A model generated the notes under the pieces. The model was given only the letters and a program-made list of their open reading frames with translations. It searched no databases and was not told the origin of the DNA. Of a stretch of DNA of 64,000 nt, positions 29,714 through 38,466 are shown in pieces. The position numbers and the translations under genes were made by a program. Source of the DNA: Pseudomonadota bacterium. GTDB lineage: Bacteria > Pseudomonadota > Gammaproteobacteria > Burkholderiales > Burkholderiaceae_D. The stretch spans positions 485 to 64,484 of the forward strand of contig JAZKBE010000032.1 of assembly GCA_040388805.1 (NCBI GenBank). The letters run 5' to 3'. Position 1 is the first letter of the stretch; each line of letters starts with the position of its first letter.

Positions 29714-30655
29714 TTAGAGCTCGTAATTGTCTTTATTGCCACTCATGGCCGATTCGACCAGTTTCCGGTTCAGGGTCGGGGCCAGCAGCTCGATAAAGGT
29801 GTAAATATAACTGCGCAGGTAGGCGCCCTGCTTGACCGCCACGCGCGACACATTCATGCCGAACAGGTGGCCGACAGGGATCGCGCGCAGGTTCTTGTCG
29901 CGTTCTGCATCGAACGCCATACCCGCTATGATACCAAGCCCCATGCCCAGTTCCACATAAGTCTTGATCACGTCGGCGTCGATGGCTTCGAGCAGCACGT
30001 CCGGCTTCAGGCCGCGCAGCCCGAAAGCATGGTCGATCTTGCTGCGCCCGGCGAACGCCGCGTCATAGGTAATGATGGGGTAGCTGGCGATTTCCTCGAG
30101 CGAGACCGCTTTCGATTTGAGCAGCGGATGGTCCACCGGCACCACCACCACATGTTCCCACTGGTAGCACGGCAAGGTGATCAGGCCGTCGACGCCGGCC
30201 ACCGATTCGGTGGCGATGGCCAGGTCGGCCTGGTCGCGCTGGACCATTTCGGCGATCTGGCGCGGATTGCCCTGCAACAGGGAAAGGCGTACCTTGGGAT
30301 ACTTGAGCATGAACGCTTGCACCACCTTGGGCAAGGTATAGCGCGCCTGGGTGTGGGTGGTGGCGATGGTGAAGCTGCCGCTGTCCTGGGCCGCGTATTC
30401 CTTGCCGATGCGCTTGAGGCTGTCGATTTCCTGCATGATCAGCTCGACAGACTCGAGCACCAGGCGGCCCGGCTCGGTCAAGCCGCGGATGCGCTTGCCG
30501 TGTCTTGTGAAAATGTCAACGCCGAGCTCTTCCTCGAGTTCGATAATGGCCTTGGAAACCCCGGGCTGGGAGGTAAAGAGGGCTTTGGCCGCATCCGTCA
30601 GGTTGTAATTCTGGCGCACGGCCTCGCGCACGAAGCGCAGTTGGTGGAGGTTCAT
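29714..30655 (-). CDS. cysB: LysR-type cys regulon regulator
   Basis: MNLHQLRF...LFTSQPGVSK HTH; IATTHTQARY and ADVIKTYVELG motifs; divergent from cysI. Confidence 0.93.
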   Translation of the reverse strand: MNLHQLRFVREAVRQNYNLTDAAKALFTSQPGVSKAIIELEEELGVDIFTRHGKRIRGLTEPGRLVLESVELIMQEIDSLKRIGKEYAAQDSGSFTIATTHTQARYTLPKVVQAFMLKYPKVRLSLLQGNPRQIAEMVQRDQADLAIATESVAGVDGLITLPCYQWEHVVVVPVDHPLLKSKAVSLEEIASYPIITYDAAFAGRSKIDHAFGLRGLKPDVLLEAIDADVIKTYVELGMGLGIIAGMAFDAERDKNLRAIPVGHLFGMNVSRVAVKQGAYLRSYIYTFIELLAPTLNRKLVESAMSGNKDNYEL

Positions 30656-30708
30656 CGATGCTTTTCTTGTCTGAATTCGGTAAAAACCTGCAGGCTCATT
30701 TTATAAGA

Positions 30709-30777
30709 TTGCTTATGCCCGATACGCATATAAGCAAATAAAATCTCAGTCCTTTGGAATAAAGGCTGAGTTTATTA
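30709..30777. promoter_or_regulatory. Palindromes in the cysB-cysI divergent region (candidate CysB sites)
   Basis: TTGCTTAT-N13-ATAAGCAA (30709-30737) and imperfect AATAAAAtCTCAGtCCTTT-ggaat-AAAGGCTGAGTTTTATT (30737-30777). Confidence 0.45.
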
Positions 30778-30846
30778 CCATTGAGGCTAGTTTGGGGAGA
30801 GTCTTTGGCTTTTACCCCGGCAACAAACCCGAAAACAGGATGCCAC

Positions 30847-32535
30847 ATGTATCGCTACGACAAATACGACCACCTCATCATCAAGGAACGCATCGCCCAG
30901 TACCGCGACCAGGTACAGCGCCGCATCAACGATGAGCTGACCGAAGCCGAATTCCTGCCCCTGCGCCTGCAAAACGGCCTGTACATGCAGCGCCACGCCT
31001 ACATGCTGCGCATCGCCGTGCCGTACGGCCTGCTCTCCTCGGCCCAGATGCGCATGTTCGCCCATATCGCGCGCAAGTACGACCGCGGCTATGGCCACTT
31101 CACCACGCGCCAGAACATCCAGTTCAACTGGATCAACCTGGAAGAAACACCGGACATCCTGGCCGACCTGGCCTCGGTCGAAATGCACGCGATCCAGACC
31201 TCGGGCAATTGCATCCGCAATATCACGTCCGACGAATTCGCCGGCGTGGCCGCCGACGAGATCATCGACCCGCGCCCCTTCGCCGAGATCCTGCGCCAGT
31301 GGAGCACCTTCCACCCAGAATTCCTGGCCTTGCCGCGCAAGTTCAAGGTGGCCATCAACGGCGCCAGGGAAGACCGCGCCGCCATCGCCGTGCACGACAT
31401 CGGCCTGACCGTGGTCCATAACGAAGCGGGCGAAGTGGGCTTCAAGTTCATGGCCGGCGGCGGCATGGGCCGCACGCCCATCCTGGGCAGCGTGATCCGC
31501 GACTTCCTGCCGTGGCGCCACCTGCTGACCTACACCGAAGCTGTCATGCGTGTCTATAACAGCCACGGCCGCCGCGACAACAAGTACAAGGCCCGCATCA
31601 AGATCCTGCTGAAAGCCCTGGGCGTGGAAGAATTCACGCGCCAGGTCGAAGAGGAATGGGCCGACCTGAAGGACGGCGGCGAGACCATCACCGACGAAGA
31701 ACTGGCGCGCGTATCGGCCTACTTCGAGCCGGCGCCGTATGAGGCACTGGAAGCGATCGATCCGGCAGCCGAACACCCGGACAACAAGGCCTTCGCCAAC
31801 TGGTTGAAGCGCAACGTCAAGCCGCACCAGCGTCCCGGCTACGCGGCCGTGCTGCTGTCGCTGAAGAAAACCGGCGTGCCGCCGGGCGACGCCACCGCCG
31901 AACAGATCGACTTCATGGCCGACCTGGCCGACCGCTACAGCTTCGGCGAACTGCGCGTCACGCACGAGCAGAACATCGTGCTGGCCGACGTCAAACAGTC
32001 GCAATTGTTCGCGCTGTGGCAGGAAGCCAAAGCCCGCGGCCTGGCCACGCCCAATATCGGCCTACTGACCGACATGATCTGCTGCCCGGGCGGCGACTTC
32101 TGCTCGCTGGCCAACGCCAAGTCGCTGCCGATCGCCGCGGCCATCGCCGAGCGTTTCGACAACCTCGACTTCCAGCATGACATCGGCGACATCGAACTCA
32201 ATATCTCGGGCTGCATCAACGCCTGCGGCCACCACCACGTCGGTTCGATCGGCGTGCTGGGCGTGGACAAGGACGGCAGCGAGTGGTACCAGGTGTCGAT
32301 CGGCGGTGCGCAGGGTAACAACTCGGCCATCGGCAAGATCATCGGACCATCGTTCTCGGCGCTGCAAATGCCGGAAGTGATCGACCGCCTGCTGCAGGTC
32401 TACGTGAACAACCGCCACGAGGAAGAACGCTTCGTCGACACCGCCCAGCGCCTGGGCATCGCACCGTTCAAGGAACACGTCTACGCCACGCCGATTGCGG
32501 CCGGCGCACTGGTTGGAGAGGACCACTATGCTTGA
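30847..32535 (+). CDS. cysI: Sulfite reductase hemoprotein (nitrite/sulfite reductase family)
   Basis: HFTTRQNIQF, LPRKFK, siroheme/FeS ligands CCPGGDFC and SGCINAC. Start ATG at 30847. Confidence 0.92.
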   Translation: MYRYDKYDHLIIKERIAQYRDQVQRRINDELTEAEFLPLRLQNGLYMQRHAYMLRIAVPYGLLSSAQMRMFAHIARKYDRGYGHFTTRQNIQFNWINLEETPDILADLASVEMHAIQTSGNCIRNITSDEFAGVAADEIIDPRPFAEILRQWSTFHPEFLALPRKFKVAINGAREDRAAIAVHDIGLTVVHNEAGEVGFKFMAGGGMGRTPILGSVIRDFLPWRHLLTYTEAVMRVYNSHGRRDNKYKARIKILLKALGVEEFTRQVEEEWADLKDGGETITDEELARVSAYFEPAPYEALEAIDPAAEHPDNKAFANWLKRNVKPHQRPGYAAVLLSLKKTGVPPGDATAEQIDFMADLADRYSFGELRVTHEQNIVLADVKQSQLFALWQEAKARGLATPNIGLLTDMICCPGGDFCSLANAKSLPIAAAIAERFDNLDFQHDIGDIELNISGCINACGHHHVGSIGVLGVDKDGSEWYQVSIGGAQGNNSAIGKIIGPSFSALQMPEVIDRLLQVYVNNRHEEERFVDTAQRLGIAPFKEHVYATPIAAGALVGEDHYA

Positions 32536-33100
32536 AGCGCACAAGGACATCATCAAGGGCCGTGAAGTGGTCGCCGACGACTGGAGCGTGCTGCGCCTCG
32601 AGCCGGAGCATGCCTCCGGCGGGCAGACCGCCGACCACGTCGAAGTCCCCGCCGGGAAGATCATCGTGCCGCTGGCCGTGTGGGTGGCGCAGCGCGCCAC
32701 GCTGTCCGAGCGTCCCGCGATCGGCGTGTGGCTGGCCCCGGACGAACAGGCCGTCGCCATCAAGGCCGACCTGGACAAGTTCAAGGTCGTCGCCATCGAC
32801 TTCCCCAAGTTCACCGACGGCCGCGGCTACTCGATCGCCTTCAACCTGCGCAAGCGCCTGGCGTACAAGGGCGAACTGCGCGCCATCGGCGACGTGCTGC
32901 GCGACCAGCTGTTCTCGATGCACCGCGTGGGCTTCGACGCCTTCGCCACGCGCCAGGACCGCAGCATCCACGACGCGCTCAAGGGCCTGACCGTGTTCAC
33001 GCAAACCTACCAGGCGTCGGCCGACCAGGCCTTGCCGCTGTTCCGCCGCGTGCCGCGCAACGAGCCGGCCGAGCATATCGACGCCGGCGCGGGGATCTGA
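32528..33100 (+). CDS. DUF934 protein (sulfite reductase partner)
   Basis: IDFPKFTDGRGYS, GELRAIGDVLRDQL and RVGFDAF motifs. Start ATG at 32528. Confidence 0.9.
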   Translation: MLEAHKDIIKGREVVADDWSVLRLEPEHASGGQTADHVEVPAGKIIVPLAVWVAQRATLSERPAIGVWLAPDEQAVAIKADLDKFKVVAIDFPKFTDGRGYSIAFNLRKRLAYKGELRAIGDVLRDQLFSMHRVGFDAFATRQDRSIHDALKGLTVFTQTYQASADQALPLFRRVPRNEPAEHIDAGAGI

Positions 33101-33101
33101 G

Positions 33102-33818
33102 ATGGACGACATCACCGCACTGATCGCCGACACGCGCGCCACGCTGGCGCGCATCGCTGCCGACCATGCGCCGGCAGTCTTTGCGTCCAGCCTGGCCGCC
33201 GAAGACATGGTCCTGACCGACCTCATTTTGAAAGCGGGCCTGCCGATCGGGATTTTTTCGCTCGACACCGGGCGCCTGCATCCGGAAACGCTGGCCGTGC
33301 TGGACCAGGTCAAGGCCACCTACGGCTATGACGTCACGCTGTACAAGCCGCAAGCCGACGCGGTCGACGCCTACGTCGCCGCCAATGGCCTGAACGCCTT
33401 CTACGACAGCGTGGAGATGCGCCGCGAGTGCTGCCGCATCCGCAAGGTCGAGCCCCTGGGCCGCGCCCTGGCCGGCAACAAGGCCTGGGTCACCGGCCAG
33501 CGCCGCGCCCAGTCCACCACGCGCGCCGAACTGGCGGTGCAGGAAGACGATCCGGCGCACGGCATGACCAAGTTCAACCCGCTGGCCGACTGGTCGGAGC
33601 AGGATGTATGGAACTACATCCGGGATAACAATGTGCCCTACAATGCATTGCACGACCAGGGTTTTCCATCGATCGGCTGCGCACCCTGCACGCGCGCAGT
33701 GCAGCCGGGCGAAGACGTCCGCGCCGGCCGCTGGTGGTGGGAAAACCCGGACTCGAAGGAATGCGGCCTGCACATGGTCGACGGCAAACTGATACGCATT
33801 AAATCCGTGGCTGCATAA
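33102..33818 (+). CDS. cysH: APS reductase (4Fe-4S, CysH family)
   Basis: LDTGRLHPET, ECCRIRK, SIGCAPCT and KECGLH motifs. CC and CxxC indicate the APS-type enzyme. Confidence 0.93.
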   Translation: MDDITALIADTRATLARIAADHAPAVFASSLAAEDMVLTDLILKAGLPIGIFSLDTGRLHPETLAVLDQVKATYGYDVTLYKPQADAVDAYVAANGLNAFYDSVEMRRECCRIRKVEPLGRALAGNKAWVTGQRRAQSTTRAELAVQEDDPAHGMTKFNPLADWSEQDVWNYIRDNNVPYNALHDQGFPSIGCAPCTRAVQPGEDVRAGRWWWENPDSKECGLHMVDGKLIRIKSVAA

Positions 33819-33843
33819 GCCACCACAAGAACAGGCACCGCCA

Positions 33844-34782
33844 ATGAATACTACAACTGACATCCCGCGCGTACTCACCGACGTCAATGCGCGCCACCTC
33901 GACGCGCTGGAATCGGAAGCGATCCACATCATGCGCGAAGTGGCGGCCGAATGCGCCAATCCGGCCTTGCTGTTCTCGGGCGGCAAAGACTCTGTGGTGC
34001 TGCTGCGCCTTGCCGAAAAAGCCTTCCGCCCCGGTAAATTCCCCTTCCCGCTGGTGCACATCGACACCGGCCACAACTTCCAGGAAGTGATCGACTTCCG
34101 CGATGCGCGCGCCGCCGAACTTGGCGAACGCCTGATCGTGGGCTCGGTCGAAGACTCGATCAAAAAAGGCACGGTGCGCCTGCGTAATCCGCTGACCGAT
34201 TCGCGCAATGCCGCCCAGGCGGTCACCCTGCTCGAGACGATCGCCGAATACAAATTCGACGCCTGCATCGGCGGCGCCCGCCGCGACGAAGAAAAAGCCC
34301 GCGCCAAGGAACGCATCTTCTCCTTCCGCGACGAATTCGGCCAGTGGGACCCGAAAGCCCAGCGCCCTGAACTCTGGGACCTGTACAACACCCGCGTGCA
34401 TCCGGGCGAGAACATGCGCGTGTTCCCTATTTCGAACTGGACCGAGCTCGATGTCTGGCTCTACATCCAGCGCGAAAAGCTGGCCCTGCCCCCGATCTAC
34501 TTCGCGCACGAGCGCCAGGTCATTGCGCGCAACGGCTTGCTGGTGCCGCTGACCGACCTGACCCCGGCGCGCGAAGGCGAAACCGTCGAAACCCAGGTCG
34601 TGCGCTTTCGCACCGTGGGCGACATTTCGTGCACCTGCCCCGTGAGCTCGGACGCAGCGACGGTCGAAGCGATCATCGCCGAAACGGCCATCACCCAGAT
34701 CACCGAACGCGGCGCCACCCGGATGGACGACCAGACCTCCGAAGCGTCGATGGAAAAACGCAAGAAAGCAGGATACTTCTGA
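33844..34782 (+). CDS. cysD: Sulfate adenylyltransferase subunit 2
   Basis: LFSGGKDSVV, GGARRDEEKARAKER and FRTVGD motifs. Confidence 0.96.
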   Translation: MNTTTDIPRVLTDVNARHLDALESEAIHIMREVAAECANPALLFSGGKDSVVLLRLAEKAFRPGKFPFPLVHIDTGHNFQEVIDFRDARAAELGERLIVGSVEDSIKKGTVRLRNPLTDSRNAAQAVTLLETIAEYKFDACIGGARRDEEKARAKERIFSFRDEFGQWDPKAQRPELWDLYNTRVHPGENMRVFPISNWTELDVWLYIQREKLALPPIYFAHERQVIARNGLLVPLTDLTPAREGETVETQVVRFRTVGDISCTCPVSSDAATVEAIIAETAITQITERGATRMDDQTSEASMEKRKKAGYF

Positions 34783-36101
34783 TGAACGCCCGCATTGACA
34801 ACCCCGCAGAGAACCTGACCGAACGCGGCCTGCTGCGCTTCATTACCGCCGGCTCCGTCGACGACGGCAAGAGCACCCTGATCGGCCGCCTGCTGTTCGA
34901 CAGCAAGGGCATCTTCGCCGACCAGCTCGACGCCATGTCGCGCTCCAAGCACAAGCGCACCGTGGGCGACGCGGTCGACCTGTCGCTGCTGACCGACGGC
35001 CTGGAAGCCGAACGCGAACAGGGCATCACCATCGACGTGGCCTACCGCTACTTCGCCACGCCCAAGCGCAAGTTCATCATCGCCGACACGCCGGGCCACG
35101 AGCAGTACACCCGCAACATGGTCACGGGCGCCTCGACCGCCGACGCGGTGATCATCCTGATCGACGTATCGAAGGTCAAGCTGCGTGAAGACGGCGGCGT
35201 GGACCTGCTGATCCAGACCAAGCGCCATTCGACCATCGCCCACCTGCTGCAGATCGAGCACGTGGTCGTCGCCGTCAACAAGATGGACCTGATCGGCTAC
35301 GACCAGGCGATCTACGACCGCATCGTCAAGGCGTACCAGGAATTCGCGGCCACGCTGGGCCTGAAGGACATCACCCCGATTCCGCTGTCGGCCCTCACCG
35401 GCGACAACGTGGTCGCCGCCAGCGACAAGCTGTCCTGGTACCAGGGCCCGACCCTGATCGAACTGCTCGAATCGCTGTCGGTGTACGACGAATCGCACAA
35501 TGCGCCGTTCCGCTTCCCTGTCCAGCTGGTGGCGCGCCACAACGGCCACGAAGCGAACGACTTCCGCGGCTACATGGGCCGCATCGAAGCGGGCAAGGTC
35601 AGCGTCGGCGACAAGCTGGTGGTGCAGCCTTCCGGCCAAAGCGCCACCGTCAAGGACATCGTCACGCTGGAAGGCTCGCACCAGTCGGCCGTGGTGGGCC
35701 AGTCGGTCACCATCCTGCTCGACGAATACCTGGACATTTCGCGCGGCGACCTGCTGGCCGGCGTCGACCAGCCGGCCACGCTGCTCAAGAGCGTGACGGC
35801 CGACGTTTGCTGGATGTCGGACGAGCCGCTCGACCTGCGCCGCAAGTACTGGATCAAGCACGGCACCAAGCAGACCAGCGCCAAGGTGACGGCGGTCGAC
35901 ACCCTGCTCGACATCAACACCCAGGAGCGCCACCCTGCGCAGGGCTTGAAACTGAACGACATCGCGCGCATTTCGCTCAATGTGCAGCAGCCGCTGGCGG
36001 CCGATGCCTACGACGATATCCGCGCCACCGGCGCCTTCATCCTGATCGATGAAGTCACGCACCAGACGGTGGCCGCGGGCATGATCCGCCTGCCCGCCTG
36101 A
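34782..36101 (+). CDS. cysN: Sulfate adenylyltransferase subunit 1 (GTPase)
   Basis: GSVDDGKST, GITIDVAYRYF, DTPGHEQYTRNM and NKMD motifs; no APS kinase domain. TGATG overlap with cysD. Confidence 0.95.
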   Translation: MNARIDNPAENLTERGLLRFITAGSVDDGKSTLIGRLLFDSKGIFADQLDAMSRSKHKRTVGDAVDLSLLTDGLEAEREQGITIDVAYRYFATPKRKFIIADTPGHEQYTRNMVTGASTADAVIILIDVSKVKLREDGGVDLLIQTKRHSTIAHLLQIEHVVVAVNKMDLIGYDQAIYDRIVKAYQEFAATLGLKDITPIPLSALTGDNVVAASDKLSWYQGPTLIELLESLSVYDESHNAPFRFPVQLVARHNGHEANDFRGYMGRIEAGKVSVGDKLVVQPSGQSATVKDIVTLEGSHQSAVVGQSVTILLDEYLDISRGDLLAGVDQPATLLKSVTADVCWMSDEPLDLRRKYWIKHGTKQTSAKVTAVDTLLDINTQERHPAQGLKLNDIARISLNVQQPLAADAYDDIRATGAFILIDEVTHQTVAAGMIRLPA

Positions 36102-36115
36102 ACCAGGAGCACAGC

Positions 36116-36871
36116 ATGGCACTCGGAAAAGTCTATCTGGTGGGCGCCGGTCCCGGCGCCCAGGACCTGATCACCCTGCGCGGTGCGCGCCTGCTCGCGC
36201 AAGCGGACGTGGTGCTGCACGACGCCCTGGTGACCGACGAGATGCTGGCGCTGTGCCCGCAAGCGGAAAAAATCCTGGTCGGCAAACGCTGCGGCCAGCT
36301 GTCGACGGCGCAAGCCTTCATCAACAAGCAGATGGTCGACAAGGCGAAAAAGCATGCCCTGGTGGTGCGCCTGAAAGGCGGCGACCCGATGCTGTTCGGG
36401 CGCGCCGACGAAGAGTTGCGCGCGCTGGAAGAAGCCGGCATCGAGGTCGAGGTGGTGCCCGGCATTACCACGGCCGTGGCGGCAGCGGCGGCAAGCAAGC
36501 AGCCGCTGACCAAGCGCGGCGTGTCGCGCAGCGTGGCGTTTTTTACCTCCAGCACGGCGCCGGAACATGCGGAGCACGCGGCCATTCCCGATACCGACAC
36601 CCTGGTGCAGTACATGGGCGGGCGCGAAGCGATCGTGACGGCGCAGCGCATGCTCGACCAGGGCCGGCGCCCCGATACCCCGGTGGTGGTGATTGAAAAC
36701 TGCAGCCGTCCGGATCAGCGCATCATGCGCCTGACGCTGGCCACGCTGGCGCACGGCCTGGGCCCGGCCCACGGACCGGTGCTGGTGATGCTGGGCGATG
36801 CCATGAAAATGCGGGCCAGCCAGGCCGGCGATACCGTGGAAGCGGAACAGCCAGCCAAGCTGCAGGCCTGA
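36116..36871 (+). CDS. cobA: Uroporphyrinogen-III C-methyltransferase
   Basis: VYLVGAGPG, VVRLKGGDP and EVVPGITT motifs; context of siroheme supply. Confidence 0.92.
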   Translation: MALGKVYLVGAGPGAQDLITLRGARLLAQADVVLHDALVTDEMLALCPQAEKILVGKRCGQLSTAQAFINKQMVDKAKKHALVVRLKGGDPMLFGRADEELRALEEAGIEVEVVPGITTAVAAAAASKQPLTKRGVSRSVAFFTSSTAPEHAEHAAIPDTDTLVQYMGGREAIVTAQRMLDQGRRPDTPVVVIENCSRPDQRIMRLTLATLAHGLGPAHGPVLVMLGDAMKMRASQAGDTVEAEQPAKLQA

Positions 36872-37276
36872 CTATCCGGCACGGCACTTGCTGTCGTGCT
36901 CATCGATTTCCCATTGCAGCTTGTCGGCGCTGGCGTAGGTTTCTTCCGCGATCCTGTGCAGGCGGCTGAAGGAGCGCTGCAGGCGCGCGCTCAGCCGCGA
37001 ACTGTGCAAGCCCCCCAGCTGGCAGCGGATGTCGCGGATATCTTCCTTCAAACCCTTGAGCGAATCACGCAGGCCGCAATCGGGGTCGACCGTTTCGTCC
37101 ACGGGCCCTTCCTGCATGCGCGCGCGCAGTTCGTTGATCCGGGCGCCCATGGCCGCCAGCCGGTCCGCCACCCGGTCCAGCCGCAGCGCACAGCGCCGTT
37201 CGGCGCCCAGCGCCAGCAGCATGCTTTCGGCGCGCCGGAATAGATCCAGTACTTCTTTGAAGGTCGAGGTAAGCAT
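36872..37276 (-). CDS. Hypothetical all-helical protein (134 aa)
   Basis: Open frame with coding-like composition; start chosen at MLTSTFKEV. No recognisable motif. Confidence 0.55.
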   Translation of the reverse strand: MLTSTFKEVLDLFRRAESMLLALGAERRCALRLDRVADRLAAMGARINELRARMQEGPVDETVDPDCGLRDSLKGLKEDIRDIRCQLGGLHSSRLSARLQRSFSRLHRIAEETYASADKLQWEIDEHDSKCRAG

Positions 37277-37406
37277 GATGGCCGCCGTCGTGACAGGGAG
37301 AGGATCAGGAAATTCTGGGCGCATACGGCGCCCGTGGATCTGACCCAGAACAAATCCCGTCGATGTTTTACAATCCTGGTTCCGCCACTTCCATGGAACG
37401 CTCGCC

Positions 37407-37829
37407 ATGAACTTCCTGAACACCGTCCTGCTCGCCTTGTCGCTGCTGGCCGCCCCGGCCCTGGCTGCCGACGACGCATCCCACTTCCAGCTCAGTCCGA
37501 CAATCCTGCAAAAGCTGATGAGCGCGGAAGCCGAGATGAAGCTGCTGCAAAAGCCCGACGAGGGCCTGGCCGCCCCCGACGAAGACAAGTCGATCGCGGC
37601 GGCGATCCGCCGCATCGACGCCGATCCGAAGACCACTGCCGTGCTCGCCAAGCACGGCCTCACCAGCCGCGACCTGGTGCTCTCCACCCACGCCCTGTAT
37701 CACGCCGGCATGTTCGTTTCCACCGAAAGCACGCTGGACGAGAAAAAGCGCGCGGCGTTGTACCAGAGCTATACCAGCGAGCAGCAGGCCAATATCGACA
37801 TGATTCGCGCCATGCACGCGGCGAAATAA
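37407..37829 (+). CDS. Hypothetical exported protein
   Basis: Sec signal peptide MNFLNTVLLALSLLAAPALA (A-x-A cleavage); helical mature part. Confidence 0.7.
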   Translation: MNFLNTVLLALSLLAAPALAADDASHFQLSPTILQKLMSAEAEMKLLQKPDEGLAAPDEDKSIAAAIRRIDADPKTTAVLAKHGLTSRDLVLSTHALYHAGMFVSTESTLDEKKRAALYQSYTSEQQANIDMIRAMHAAK

Positions 37830-37876
37830 GTTTTCGCCGCGTCGCTTGCATTCAGCAAGGACATCGGCCATAATCT

Positions 37877-37897
37877 AAATGAGAATTGTTCTCATTT
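37877..37897 (+). promoter_or_regulatory. Fur box
   Basis: Perfect 9-3-9 palindrome AAATGAGAA-TTG-TTCTCATTT, 15 bp before the hemP ATG; matches the Fur consensus (AATGAGAATnATTCTCA type). Confidence 0.85.
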
Positions 37898-37912
37898 ATA
37901 AAAGGCTTAGCG

Positions 37913-38086
37913 ATGCATACCCCTCAACCCGGCGCCCTGGCGGCGCCGCAGCCATCTCCGGCCGCGCCTGTCAGGCTCAACAGCCGGGAACTGTTCCAGA
38001 AGGCACGGTCGGTTCAGATCGAACACGACGGCAAGATCTATGAATTGCGCGTGACCCGCTTGAACAAGCTGATCCTCACAGCCTGA
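37913..38086 (+). CDS. hemP: Hemin uptake protein HemP/HmuP
   Basis: S.ELF....VQIEHDGKIYELRVTRLNKLILT is the HemP family signature (KLILT). Start ATG at 37913. Confidence 0.88.
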   Translation: MHTPQPGALAAPQPSPAAPVRLNSRELFQKARSVQIEHDGKIYELRVTRLNKLILTA

Positions 38087-38157
38087 GTTTTCCCCACAGC
38101 CAGCCAGCGCACCGTGAGCGCAAGCGAGCCAACCACCCTACTCCAAGGAGCGTTGCA

Positions 38158-38466
38158 ATGGCAATCGACATGGCATCCCCCACTTATCCGCACGCGCACG
38201 CGCCGGCGCCGCAGCCCGAACTGCTGGTCTCGGCGGCCCTGCACCTGATGTCGCATTACAGCGCCAGCGCGGCCCGCACCGAACCATGCATCAAGCTCGC
38301 TTCCGTGATCGAACGCCACCTGAAGGCGCTGGCCGGCCATGGCGACCTCAATCCCGTCCTGCGCGCCACCTGCCAGCAATTGTCCGAACAATGGGGCGCC
38401 GTGGTCGACCAGGCCCTGCGCCCGGCACGGCCGTCGCTGTTCGGGCGCTTCAGCCGAGGGCGATAG
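38158..38466 (+). CDS. Hypothetical small His/Cys-containing helical protein downstream of hemP
   Basis: AGGAG RBS before the ATG; open 102 aa frame; no family recognised. Confidence 0.7.
   Translation: MAIDMASPTYPHAHAPAPQPELLVSAALHLMSHYSASAARTEPCIKLASVIERHLKALAGHGDLNPVLRATCQQLSEQWGAVVDQALRPARPSLFGRFSRGR

Noticed and set aside
38140-38160. AGGAGCGTTGCAA resembling the SAH riboswitch core
   Set aside because: It is the RBS plus start codon of the downstream ORF. The downstream CAGGCTC pairing element is absent and the gene context is not SAH-related.
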